A stretch of 64,000 bases of DNA from Camelus ferus (taxonomy: Eukaryota): contig NC_045698.1 of assembly GCF_009834535.1 (NCBI RefSeq), forward strand, positions 4,900,001 to 4,964,000, read 5' to 3'. Every line of letters starts with the position of its first letter. Within the stretch, counting starts at the first letter, position 1. Position numbers and translations under genes: made by a program. The notes under the pieces were generated by a model. It did not search any database, had not been told where the DNA came from, and saw only the letters and a program-made list of their open reading frames with translations. This document shows positions 23,633-36,065 of the stretch, one piece after another.

Positions 23633-26509
23633 GCGTGCTTGTGCTTTGCCACCCGGAATCGCAGTCCAAACCCGGACCCCGACGCTGACCCCGTCCTCTC
23701 CCCTCTGCCCCTCCCAGCGTGCCCCCCCCCACCCCACACACACTTCTTCCCCTTGCAGATCCTGTCTGGGTTCCAGCTTCACCACCTCAGGGCACCTTCC
23801 TGAGGTTCCCCCCCACCCCGGGTCTGCTGCCAACATTCATGCTGCCGAGCATGTCACCCATCCCTGTGGCCTGTCCCTCCCACCAGACACTGCAAGTCTG
23901 CAGCTCAAGGACTGTGCCTTTCGTCTCTGGCCCTGGGGACCCAGCCTGGTGCTCGGACACATAGTCGGCATTCATTTAATGCTTACTGATTGGTAAACTA
24001 GTGGTTAAATGCCAGTTTTATTCAATTATCTCAAAGAAGCATTTGAATCTGTCAAGCTCCCCAGAACAAGGGCCTGAGTCACATGGAAGTGTTCGCAGAG
24101 GCTGCCTTTCAGGGTTCTCCACCTCGTGCGCACATGAAGCAGAGGCCCTCGTAGCCAGATGGCGATCATATGGGGCTCCTTCTCAGCTTAGGAGCCCTTC
24201 CTGAAGCATGCTATATCTGTCCATCACATTACAGTTTATATAAACCTTCTGCATCACTTCATCTGATTTTTACAACTCGCCCATGCAGTAAAAGACCTTT
24301 TAGCTCCATTTAAGGGTGTGCTATCAGCAAGCTGCAAAGCCAGATGCTAACTCCAGGTCCAGAGTTCTTTCAGTACCCTCACTCCCACCCCCCTCCCCCA
24401 CTGCTACCCCCTCCCACCCCATCCCCTATGCCCCACCCCATCCCCACCACTTCCTTCAACAAAAGCGCCTTTCTTTCCACCTGCTGTTAAACACACCGAT
24501 TCTTAGAGAATGACATGAATTCTACGTGATTCTGAATTTCTTCAGACATGATGACGTTTGTTTCTTAACATTTCAAGGATTGAAGGCCCTAGGAAAAATT
24601 AAAATTAACTGTTGCTGAGGGGAGAATAAATTTTAAGCTGTTCTTCCCCGTTTCCAGACTGCCACGAGGCCCGCCTCCATAGTCTTTAATTCATGCTGAG
24701 TCCAGATGTATTAGAGACCTCGTGGGCTATCTGCTAACTAAGGACATATTCTTGAATAAATCATTTACTTCTAAAGGCATATTGGCACCTACTCTCTTAC
24801 CCATCCTCACCTGGTTACATCCATCTGTCTTCCCATTCTTTTTTTCTCATTTTACTGTATCAGGGAAGCAGAGAATTTCTGCCAATGAAAGGAAGTATGG
24901 GTAGCAGAAATATCTGCTATTGATATTATACTAGTAAAGATAATATGATGATCACCCAAAAATCATCTTTGCTGGAAAAAATAAATGAGTAGAATAGAGA
25001 TAAGTGATTAAATAGGCGTTTCTAGAAATCCCGCCCCCACAACTTTACTGACATTGGTAGAGCTTCAAGGAGCTTTCCTCCTAGAAATCAGTAAGATACT
25101 TAAGATTCTATCAATAAAGCAGTAGATGTGTCTTCCTTGATACAAGAAGCTGAGCTGGTACTTCACATCTCAATTGGGCATGGTGTCTCTGAGTGAACGT
25201 TTGATGATGGAATAAAGGGAGGCAGGGATGAGTAAATGAATGAATGAAGTGAGCTCATAGCAGCTTGGCTGAGGCTCCAAGGCACTGCCAGTTTCCCCCT
25301 CACTCCCGTCTCTTCCCTTCCACGGCCCTGAGGCTGCTCTCTATGACCCTTGGTCCGGGGAGTCACCTCTGCTCCTCTGGGTTGGACAAATTTAGTGTGG
25401 ATTTAGATTCTTTCTTCAGATCACTAGGTATCAGTCTGCAAAGCTGAGAGGCACTGAATTCGAAGGGCTGAGGCCTTATTCAATGTGAGCCCAGGATGAC
25501 TCACCAGTGACAGAGGGCTTAGACCAGGGACAGAGGCCAAGTCTACCTTCCCAGAAGGACCAGGGTCTGGCTGAGTGGCTGAGACAGGATGTGCAGTTCC
25601 AACCAGAGCAAGAGGCCCCAGGACAGGGCCACTGAGGCTCTGAGGATGCCATCCATCAAGGGCGTGCTACCTGCCACCACCAGCACAGAGATCCGATCAC
25701 AGTCCCCAAGGCGCGGGTGAGTGAACTGAGATTTAAGACTGATTAGCAGCACATTCAGGCCTGGGTGGCAGATCTGGGTCTGGAACTCTGGTCTGTGTGT
25801 CCCAGAGCCTGAAACTAAACCAATCAGTTCCCAGCACTGACCTTCCCCTCCTTTGGGATGAAAAGTGTGACAGTCTGTGGAGTGTCTCTTCCCGCCATCC
25901 TCCCCAGCAACAGGCTGAGAATGAGCTGGGAAGCTGCGCCGAGCTACACCGTGCATCTCACGGACTCAGCAGAGCAGGTGTCACCTCCAAGACCAGGGGC
26001 CTGAAGGCTGAGGGAGGAGGAGCCGGGGGAGGACTTACTGAGCTTTCTCAGTATCGAAGGGAAGCTATATGGCTTTTCGGGTGTAATTGAAAGTACTTGT
26101 GCAGTGCATTCACAAGAAACCAGAACAACTGCTTTCCAAGAAGCGATTTGCTAACTGAGGGAATGTGAGAGCACCTGTCACACTCATTTTAGGAGGCTTA
26201 CCATCTGCTTCCTTGCAAATAATTTCAACAGGTGCAGAAGCATCACTACATTTTAGAGCCAGAAATATCATTATACAAATGTCTAAAATTACCTGAGGGT
26301 TTGGGCCACGAATGGACTTCAAGTATCCATGAACATCTGGAAAACACATACACTTCGGCAGTGGCCTGTATGTGCATTTTTTTCCCCAGGGAGATAGTCC
26401 ATTGATGTTATTAGTTCAGTCTGTGCCAAAAAAGTGTTTCAAAAAAGTGTTTCAAGTCCATAGTGACAAAAAATAAAGATGCACAGTTAGCAGGCAGGAT
26501 GAACATCTA

Positions 26510-27480
26510 CCTATAGCAGAAAGTCAATATGTAAACGTAGAAAGAAGGACAAAAAATCAGCATATTGCAGCCATTATGGTGTTGATTGCATCAGCCATCA
26601 CAGAGCTAAAGTTGTTGATGAAAGTTTGTTGAGGAAAAAGGATGTATGCTCAGCCTTGAGTATCTCCCCAGAGATCGCTTATTACTCACACAAAAGAAAA
26701 AGTAGGGAGGGACCCAGGGGCCACCTCTTCAACCAAGTCATCAAAGTGGGTGTCACTGCCAACCACAGCCTCCAGAATGAGGCACCAAGAGAGACGCACC
26801 CTCATGCCCCAGATCTCCCGGCCCAAAATGCACACCCGAATCTGAACGTAAGGAACCCATTTTTTTCTTACTATTCCATGTCACTCAAATTTTATTTTAT
26901 TACATGACAGAACCAAAACAAATAAAATTGATGGTCTGAATAAACAAAATGAATAAACCTCCATCAAATATGTGTTACACTAACAAGGAACAAAGGCAGT
27001 TGGTGGTAAAAACACCCAAACTTCAGCTCTACAATTCAAGAAAGTCAGGGTCACAAAAGACAAAGGAGCAGGAGGAAATGTCCCAGACCAGAGGAGACCA
27101 GGGAGGCACGATGAGCTAATCCACAGGAAGCAGGGCTGCAGTCTACACTGTTGGGACATTTCAGTATGGAGTGTGAATCATATCGCACCACGGCGTCAGT
27201 GTAAACTTTCTGACTTGGATAACCGTGTTTTGGTTTTGGAAGAGGTTGTTTAGAGAAGTTTTCATTTAGGCCTAAAAGGGCCCGGTGTCTCCAACTGACT
27301 GTCAAATTAATGCCAATGGTTATACATCATTGTAATCATCATCTTCTTGGTTAATTACACAAAAAGGAGAACCAGGCAGACATAGTCAGTGAGTCTAAGT
27401 GAGCGGGACTCAGTGGCTCATGGTATTTACTATTGTTGCAACTTTTCTGGGAGGTTGACATTTTTCAAATAAAAGGGTTG
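26510..27480 (+). mobile_element. Old L1MC/L1ME 3' UTR fragments
   Basis: 'aaagtttgttgaggaaaagg', 'tcttcaaccaagtcatcaaagt', end 'tactattgttgcaacttttctg...tttcaaataaaa'. Confidence 0.6.
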
Positions 27481-29252
27481 TAAAGAAAATTAAGCATCTC
27501 TGACCTGGTTCTTTCCCCCCACTTTACAGATGAGAATTTCAGTTTCAAAGCAATGAAGTTAAAGGCATCATCTGTTAGTGGAAGAAGCTGTATTGAAACC
27601 TAGATTTCCTGACTTCCACAAAAATGTTCCTCCCACCTTCCCAGACAGTCAGAAAACTCACATATGTCTATTTTTTTTTTTTTACATTTATTTTGTGCAA
27701 CAGGCTGGAACTGATTGTTAATTCTTTTTTTTTTTTTTAATCGAGTAGAACTTTGTTCCCAGAGACAGAGTGAGGAGGAGAGCAGGATCAGGCAAAATCT
27801 ATTCTCACTTTCTTGCCAAAATAATTAGGAGACACCAAGTACATTTTATTTTTCCCCAGTTTTCAGCTTCTGCCCAACACTTGTAAAATCAGGCAGGACT
27901 TGCAGGAAGAGAGTGTTGCTAAAAGTTGTCTCTCTTCATCATGGAGCCTGTGACAATAAAAATAACTTCGACCATGCTGGCCACACAGCATCCCAACAGT
28001 GTGCCCAGGAGTGAGCCCACGTTGTTCTGCGTTGGAGCGCCTCATTTGGTAAGCTCTGCCACAAAGCTCCTAGCCTCCCTTAGGAGGGACAAAGGGCCAT
28101 GGATTCCAGAGAGACTGTTCAAAGATTCAGCTTCATCTCTGCTAGAGTTCCCAACAGGAAAGCTAACCTGCACTTTTAAGGGTATCTAAGCTACTTTGAA
28201 ATAAGCCACAGGGACAGATTGCACAGCAATCCTGCCGAAGCTGAGTCAGGGGAAGCCTCAAGGGTCTGTCATGTTTATTGTTCCTTTACACGATATTTAC
28301 AGTACAGCGTTCAGCTTGGGGAGCATACGCCACAGCTAGACAGTGTGTGTGTTTCCGGCCAGTCACTCGCTCAGCCAGTCACTAGTCACTAATTCACCTA
28401 AACTAATCTTACCTCCAGTCCTCTGCCTGTGAAGTCCGGGTGGTGACACCAGCACTCCATAGTTCTGCCTTATAAAGTCAGCGAGTGATATTTAGTGGTC
28501 TTGTGTATGTACCTGCTTAAATTCCACCTTGTTTCAATGTAAAATCATGATGCAACAGGTGAAAGTAATCAAATGAAGAAACTGGGCCGTAGGAAAAACA
28601 AGGCGCAGAGAGTAAGGTTCAGCTTCCCGCAGTAAATGCCTTCAGGGCCCTCCACAGTGAGCCCGCAGAATCTCCGCGCTGTCTAACTTTCATGATGGAA
28701 AAACTCTACCCTTATAAACTAACTGAATGTAGAATGAAAGTTTTCTCACTGTCCTGAATTTTGGTCAAAGACAGGCATGGGGACATCCTCCAAAGAACAG
28801 AAGAATGGTCCAGAGATGGCCAACCTGTTCTCATGAACTCCATCCTCAATAGCCATCTCAGGGAAGACCAAGGCTAAGAGGAAAGAATTTTTCTAAAGTT
28901 GTAGAGAAGCAGCAGCCGTTTCCTCACCTGCCAAACTGCACCTCCAGCCTAGAGAGAGATGGGGAGGGGTGCTTGCAAAAAGGGAGGATGGCACCTCAAC
29001 CCAGCTGCATGCTTGCTGAACCATGGGTTCTCAGAGCCCGTCCTATTCAAATGCAGCACAAGGAAACAAGCGAAGAGCTGAACTTGTGCCCACTCCCCAT
29101 TTTGGAGGCAGACGCTGATGCCTGACCCTCATCTGGTCAAGTCTGAATGTGGGAAGCTGGCAGGTGCGACCAGGATGGACAGCCAAGCCAAGAGGGCTAC
29201 AAGGCACTTTGGCTATGCCTTGGGAAGGTAGGCAGCCAGAGGACCATGAAAG

Positions 29253-29988
29253 TGTTGCCGAAATATGGCCTCCATGCCCCATTTACTGAATTGAGACTTG
29301 AGGACAGAGTTTTGGATGAAGTAGGAAAAGCAGCTTTATTTCTATGCCAGGCAAAGGAGGTCACAGTGAGCTAATGCCTCTAAGACTGTGAGCCTGATGG
29401 GCAGAGAAGGCGGGGGAGTTTTATAGTAAAAGTTCAAGAGTTCAAGGGGCCGAGCTAATTTCCATAGAGACTGCATACAGGGGAGCAAATTGTTACAAAG
29501 TTGTTCTTGTGTTGCTGGCGCAGTGGTCCCCTTCCCTCTGCTGGGTATGAAGTTCACCTCTGGCTTTGGGACTCTTTCAATATTCTTGTGCCCAGAACAG
29601 AGGATGCTTAGGAAAAGAGCTCGAGAGAAGAACTTGTGCAGGTTAAGATCAGGTTGATAAATGCTTCTAGCCTTTTAAGCAGGCTGAGGTCTAAGGCCTC
29701 CTGCTGCAATCTGAGGCCTGCAGCTCGAATAACAGGATACAAGGAAACCACAAGGGGGCAAGAGGAGGGCACTTGGGTCAGGAGCAGGCCACTGAGCATG
29801 ATCCCTGCACACAGCACCAGCACCACAAGGGGGCTGGGCAGACCACCCATGCCTCCCTCCTCTCCAGCCCAGCCCTGGTCGGCAAAAGCATGAGGAAACC
29901 CTTTAAACCATCATACAGTTAAACAGTTACAAACAGCATTACAGACATCAGATGGTCACTGATGACAACAGGGTCCTGCTCAGTTACA
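29253..29988 (-). mobile_element. ERV1-class solo LTR, 736 bp, with 4-bp TSD (aaag)
   Basis: TGTTGCCG start and CAGTTACA end; aaag at 29249-29252 and 29989-29992; antisense AATAAA near 29335. Confidence 0.85.
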
Positions 29989-31603
29989 AAAGGACCCAGC
30001 CCACTCTCCCGGTAGTGGGGAGATGTCACCTAAATCAGGAGCCTGTCCAGGGCTGGGATTCCCAGGGGGTGTCTCCACACAACCACACAAGCTCCCAGAG
30101 AGAAAAAGTCCTTTCGGAGCTAAGAGAAGATATTTTTTAAATTGCACCAGCTGAATTCAAATATGTTTTTCCTTCAGTCCTTTCTCCTCTTATTCCAGAC
30201 CCCAAAGGCGGGAACAAGCAGGGAAGGAGATGGAGCAAGGAAAATTCTAGAAACACTAAACTCCCTCCCTTCTCCTGATCTGGACAATCCCCACCTCACC
30301 CCACCCTCTTGCTAAAATGAGGAACTCAGATTTTGCCTGGATTTCTTCAACTGTGTAATGTCCAACAAGACTGTTCTCACACCTGAGGAGAACTGGAAGT
30401 CTTTGGAAGCCACCCCAGTTACCCTCAGAAGAGCACAAGGGGGCTGACCCAGCCTGTCTGGAGAAACAGTCAGGAAAAATGTATGTGTTTTCAGGATTGC
30501 AGCCTGTGAAGTTCCATAAAACAGTGGCGTAGATTTGTACAAATAACCCAGTTCCTCAGAACAGAACTTTCCTGTCCTGACCCCAAGAGAAATGTTCCCA
30601 TTTCATGCCAAGAGGAGTGGTAGCATTCCCGCTTTGTAGCTTTTTGTCCCGTCCAGGCCTGGGAAAGAAATTGCAGGAAATTTCTGTGGCCACACTTGAA
30701 TATTTTTAGTTGATCATGCATCAAGAACCAGTTATTATTTTATAATATACTTGGAAAACCCAAAATGTTCTTGATTTTCTTTTCTCCCATATAGAACAAA
30801 CACTTAAAAATTCCCATTTTTATGGAATAAGACCTTCTAATTTTTAATAATTCATACTGGAGCCATTGTCCTCAGAAGATGCTTTATATTCTTCATCACT
30901 AATTATCACAGGAAATCATCCAGAAAGACTCAGAGAGGTTGCGTGGCTTGTGCTGAACCACACAGTGAGAAGATGGTGGGCTGGAGCCCAGATCTGCATT
31001 ATTCCCAAACACAAGTTCTTTCTAGTTGTTTCCCTGACTCTCTTATTCTTTCCTCATTCACTTATTCCTTCTTCCAATTGTGCTGCTATGCACAAATCTA
31101 GCATCAAATTCAGTGCTGTGGGAGATGAAAGAGGAAGATGTAAGCAGGACCCAGCTCTTGTTCTCAGGTCTTCTCACTTCCCTGGGGCAGCAGGTGAGAT
31201 AAGAAGCTCATGGAGAGAAGGTGGGGAATGAATGCAATTGGAATAATGTACAGTCCATACGTGGTGCAACTATAAGGAGTGAAAAGCAATGGAACAAGAA
31301 GTTTGCAGATGAGGACCTTGTAGACATCAATGTTTTAACAGCCATTGACTTTGCAGCTCTGCCTCCTTCTATCCCGAGGGAAATCCCAGCACTTGTCAAG
31401 GGAGGTTCTGCAAAGATGCTGTTACTACTGGGGCCATTTACTCTGGACAAGTGTGGAGAGGCACTGGGCAGGGGCCATGTCTGTGTGCTGGAGGCGGGCT
31501 TTGTGATTGCTGGAAAGACATCTTTAAGTTGAAATTTTAGAAAGGCAGTAAAAATTTTGTTAAGAGTGATTTTAATCCAGTGCTGAACATAACAAACCAA
31601 ACT

Positions 31604-31786
31604 TTTTTTAACTTTTACAAATTTTTATTTATTTGTTTATTTATTTATTTATTTGGAGGGAGAAGGTAATTAGGCTTATTTATTTATGTATGCATGTATG
31701 TTTTTAATGGAGGTACTGGGGATTGAACCCAGGATTTATGCATGCTAAGCAGGCACTCTGCCACTGAGTTATACCTTCCCTCCTTG
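31604..31786 (-). mobile_element. Camelid Vic-1-type SINE with 10-bp TSD
   Basis: Antisense 'ggaggtactggggattgaacccagg...catgctaagcaggcactctgccactgagttatacc' with a T-rich tail; TSD aaaccaaact at 31594-31603 and 31787-31796. Confidence 0.92.
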
Positions 31787-33114
31787 AAACCAAACTCCTG
31801 GATGCTAACTGTGGTGTGCAGAATAATCACCTCCACCAAAGACAGCTGCCTCCTAGTGTTGTCAGCTCAAAAAGATGACAACAAAAGCACAAACCCCAAA
31901 CCCAAGTTCCAGATTGCAGAGTGCCACCCTCCCCTGTAACACAGAATTTCTCTCTTGCTGTATTTTTGTGTCGTGGTTTATGTTCCCTGCCTACATTCCT
32001 CCCCCTTCTCAAACAAAGCATGAGCTCTGTAAGGAAGTAACTATCTTATTCATGTTTGCACGTCGCACAAAGCTGAGGAGAGCAAACACTCAGTCAGTAA
32101 AGGCATGGAAAGTTGCACAGAAACAGCAGATTGCGAGAGTTTACAAGCCGGCAGGGAACTAGGTTTTGGAAAGAGTTGACTTTGCACAAATCTAGACCTA
32201 CTTATGCTCTTTTATTGGAATAACTGAAACTCCTTGAAAATAAACTAAAAACTACTGGAGAAACACATAAACCACTAGAAATGTTTTATATTCTTCTCCC
32301 TTCAAGCTCGCTGCCCTTCTGAAATAAAGACTGAATGGTAACAATGAAAATGTTTCATGATCCAGGTTTTGGGAGGAAGAGAAGGAAAGGTGGCAAGAAA
32401 AATAAAAGAAAGTGAGAGGAAAGGGGAAATAACAGTTGACTCCAGGGTTTGGTCATGTTTCATATCTCACTTTCTCTCAGTTGTACACACAGCCTCCCTT
32501 TAAATAAGCACCATTCATACTGTAGAGATGAAAACATAGGTTCAGAGAGGTTGATTCTCCTGCCCAAAGGCACACAGTTGTTGTGACCAAGCCAACAGGG
32601 AAATGTCAGTTAGCCCTGCTCTAGTTTCCATCACACCATGGATTTTGCACGTCATGTGGAATCATCTCCCTGATATGTGGATATTTTGAAATACAAAGAT
32701 GTGTGTAGGAAAGCTCCCCTGAATGAGCTTCCACTGCTCATCTGAATGGTCATTCGTGTGGCCTTCTGCGGAGCCCTGCTGCACTTCACCCCTTGCACGG
32801 GCTGTATTCATTCTTGGATTCATCCGTTTGGTGACTGTATCTTGAGTGCGTGGTGCTGGGGCTTGGAGGGCAGCAGTGAACAAGACGTCTCAAGCCCGAG
32901 GTGTCCCTGGTTTAAGCAGCCTCAGACTGATGTCAGTCCTGGACAGCAATGGTCAAAGTGGAGTCTTCAGTGTCATCGTGCTTGTTTACTGACACATCAT
33001 TTAGCAAAGACTTGACTTCCCTGCCTTGAAGTTTGGTCAAGATCTTTCTTATTATTTGTTCTTTTGCAGTGAATTATCCAGAAAGCAGCTACCTTCATGG
33101 CATGATTGTTTAAA

Positions 33115-33410
33115 AACCATTTTATTGAGATAATTGATGTGCAAAAAGCTGTATGTATATAATAATTGATAATTGATGTGTAAAAAGCTTAATGTATACA
33201 GCTTGATGAGTTTGGGGTGGGTATAAACCCATGAAGCCATAACCACTATCGAGGTCATAAAGAGATCCATCACCTCCCCAAGTTTCTTCCCACCCCTTCT
33301 AGTTTAATATTGTGTGTGTGCACTAAGACATATAAGATCCACCTTCTCAGCAAATTTTAAGTATACAATATAGTACCGTGATCTCTGGGCACTATGCTAC
33401 ATAGCAGATA
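33115..33410 (-). mobile_element. L1MA/MB 3' end
   Basis: 'tttattgagataattga...cccatgaagccataaccac...agcaaattttaagtatacaata...ggcactatgcta'. Confidence 0.7.
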
Positions 33411-34821
33411 GTCAAAGAATATAGAGCTTTAAGTATGCACTATAACTAACTTCTGGACATCTACACAGCATCTTGTGATTTTTCATATGATAGTAAAAGC
33501 TATTTCCAAGCACATCTTTTCTCTCTCTTATTTCATCATCTAAGAATCACAGTGGCAGAGATATGACCACCAGACACTAATTCCACTGAATTATGTGATT
33601 CCTCCTTCCATGCTCTTAAAATACAAGTTCTGGGATGATTAGCCTATTAAATTACCAATACATCAGCATGTGTTTTGTCCTACAACGTTCAATTTATAGC
33701 AGCCTGTGTCAAAGGAGCCTGAACACATCAGTTGCTTAAGAACAAAAAGGGAAAATAGAAAGAAATATAGCCCAAAAGTTAGGGTTCATTTGCTTCCCAA
33801 CTGTGGCAGATAGAAAGAAATCCGGGCTGAGAGAGGTCACGAGCCCGCCTTCCACACTGCATGACCACGAGAGTGAAGTTAGAGCACTTGCGTTTGACCT
33901 GTTTTTTCCCAGCTGTCAGCACAGCCTTGTAAACACCATCACATGGGCTAATTTTCATCATTAGCCAGATGCAATGAGGCAACCCCCTTAATATTCATCA
34001 TTGAATTAAAAATTAAATGGAATCCTCCCTTTCCGCTTCATTTTTTTTATTTTACTAAGTAAGATACTGATTTTATTGATTTTCCTTTTATTGTATATAA
34101 AGTGAGAAGGAAACCATATTTGGACATCAGAAGAGGCAGAAAACACAGATGAAGCAATCATTGACTTAGGCAATGGATAACGGCATGACTATGTTTCCAG
34201 ATTAAGGAGATCGGCAAGAACACACACCCATGGAGACGTTAATTGATAAGATCAGTGAAAAACTCTGCAGGTTACAAGAAACAGTGAGCATTGAGGGCAT
34301 TAGAAAGGCACTGTCATAGACTTTTCTTTGGAAAACAAACATCCATTCAGTTTTTTGAAGGAACTGATTCATCGGTCTTTCCCTGTGTTGTAATAGAGAA
34401 AGATGACCTTGAGAGAGGATCTAGAAATATTAGGTCTAATGGTATGTACTGGGGAGAGTCTTTGTCCATGGAGAAGCCACTGCAAACCTTTGTATCTTAA
34501 GATTTCTAATTAGAAATGGCAAAGCAAGAGGAATGACTTCCATTCCTTGGGACAGACTCTATGGCTGTATGTGTGTGAATACATAATTATAACACTCTAT
34601 GTGTGCGCAGAAAGAGTATTATTTTTCATTGTTACCATAATTATTTCAATACCTTCCGTTAACTGGTCTAAGATAAAAGATGCAGAATAACTGAAGTGCA
34701 CAATTTCCCCTGAAATCATGAGACATGTTGGTCATTTTCAGTTAGACACATGATGGTGCTAAGCAAAGAAAATTTCTAGAAAGCTGAGCAGGACTTCCTC
34801 CTTCCAGAACAGGGCCTGGGG

Positions 34822-35115
34822 CAGGAGTCACCTCCTGGTCATCTACAGGCCAGATCCTGCTTCCAAGCACTCCTTGCCCACTCCAGCTGCAAGTTTAGAA
34901 CACTGTGCTAATATTTAAGTATCAGCAGGATTCTCACAAAAATCTGGGTATTTGTCTCCTCCTAAAAGTCTGGATCTGACAACAGGTGGTCTCACATTCC
35001 CCTATGGTCACCATTGGCTCAGGCCAGTTCTTTTTTTTGGCTGTGTTTCCCAGCCTGCCCCTTGTTCATTCATTTAGCCGCCTGCCCCTGTAAGAATGTA
35101 GGTGTGTAGCCCTTT
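34822..35115. mobile_element. MER102-like hAT-Charlie element
   Basis: 'ggattctcacaaaaatctgggtattt...tctgacaacaggtggtctcacattcc...cattcatttagccgcctgcccctgtaagaat'. Confidence 0.65.
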
Positions 35116-35737
35116 GGGTAGGGACTGGACCTTAGCTCCACAAGTTCAACATCTTCAATCAAATTCATACAAGTCTGAGCCAAGCACAGGCATCTATGTC
35201 TCAGTACGTGAAGCGCCTACATAACAAATAACACGCCCACCTGTTCAGCTACCGTTGAGAAGTGTCCACCAAATGATTCTCGTCAAGGGCTCAGAGCATT
35301 CTCTCCCAAGCATCCACGTCTATAAACGAATCAAGCACAAAATGTTTGGTGAGCCAAAAACTGATGCAAATAAGTGGTTAGATCATCTCAAAGACAAACT
35401 GTTATGCTATGATGTACCATCTCCCTGTAATACACCACCAGTGATTTCTGCTTCTTTGGACCATGCGTTCAGGAACTGAATTTTAAGATTTTTTTTGTAT
35501 TAGCCCCAAGATTTATCAAGATGGTTGATAAAAAGGCAGGTAGTTCACTGCCCTTCGGTTCCCCAGCTACCATCACCGACATACAGGCATACTTCAATCA
35601 GAGCCCCTCACTTCTTTTTCATTCTTTCTTATTTATGTTAAACAGTACAATAATAATCATGGCAAATTTTAATGAAGATGAGAAATAAAGAAAAATATTT
35701 TCAAAATAGAGACAGGGATATCTTAAGCAAGTTGAAA

Positions 35738-36065
35738 TTTTTTAAATTAAAGTATAGTTGATTTACAGTGTTGTGTTAGTTTCAGGTGTGCAGCAAAGTG
35801 AGTCAGTTTTTTTTTAGATTATATTCCATTACAGGTTATTATAAGGTATTGAATATAATATCCTGTGCTATTTAGTAAGTCCTTGTTGCTTATCTATTTT
35901 ATGCACAATAGTTTATATCTGTTAATCCCACACTCCTAATTTGTCCCTCCTTGCCCCTCCCCTTTGGTAACCACACATTTGTTTTCTATGTCTGTGAGTC
36001 TGTTTTGTATAAAGCTTCATTTGTATTATTTTTTAGATTTCAGGTAAAAGTGATATCTCATAGTA
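35738..36065 (-). mobile_element. Young cetartiodactyl/camelid L1 3' end
   Basis: 'aagtatagttgatttacagtgttgtgttagtttcaggtgtgcagcaaagtga...ccctttggtaaccac'. Confidence 0.85.

Noticed and set aside
26428..26455. Short tandem duplications (aaaaaagtgtttc x2; also tggtctcc x3 near 19542 and a ~30-bp duplication near 33130-33200)
   Set aside because: Ordinary slippage duplications; no spacer-repeat or CRISPR-like array exists in this eukaryotic window.
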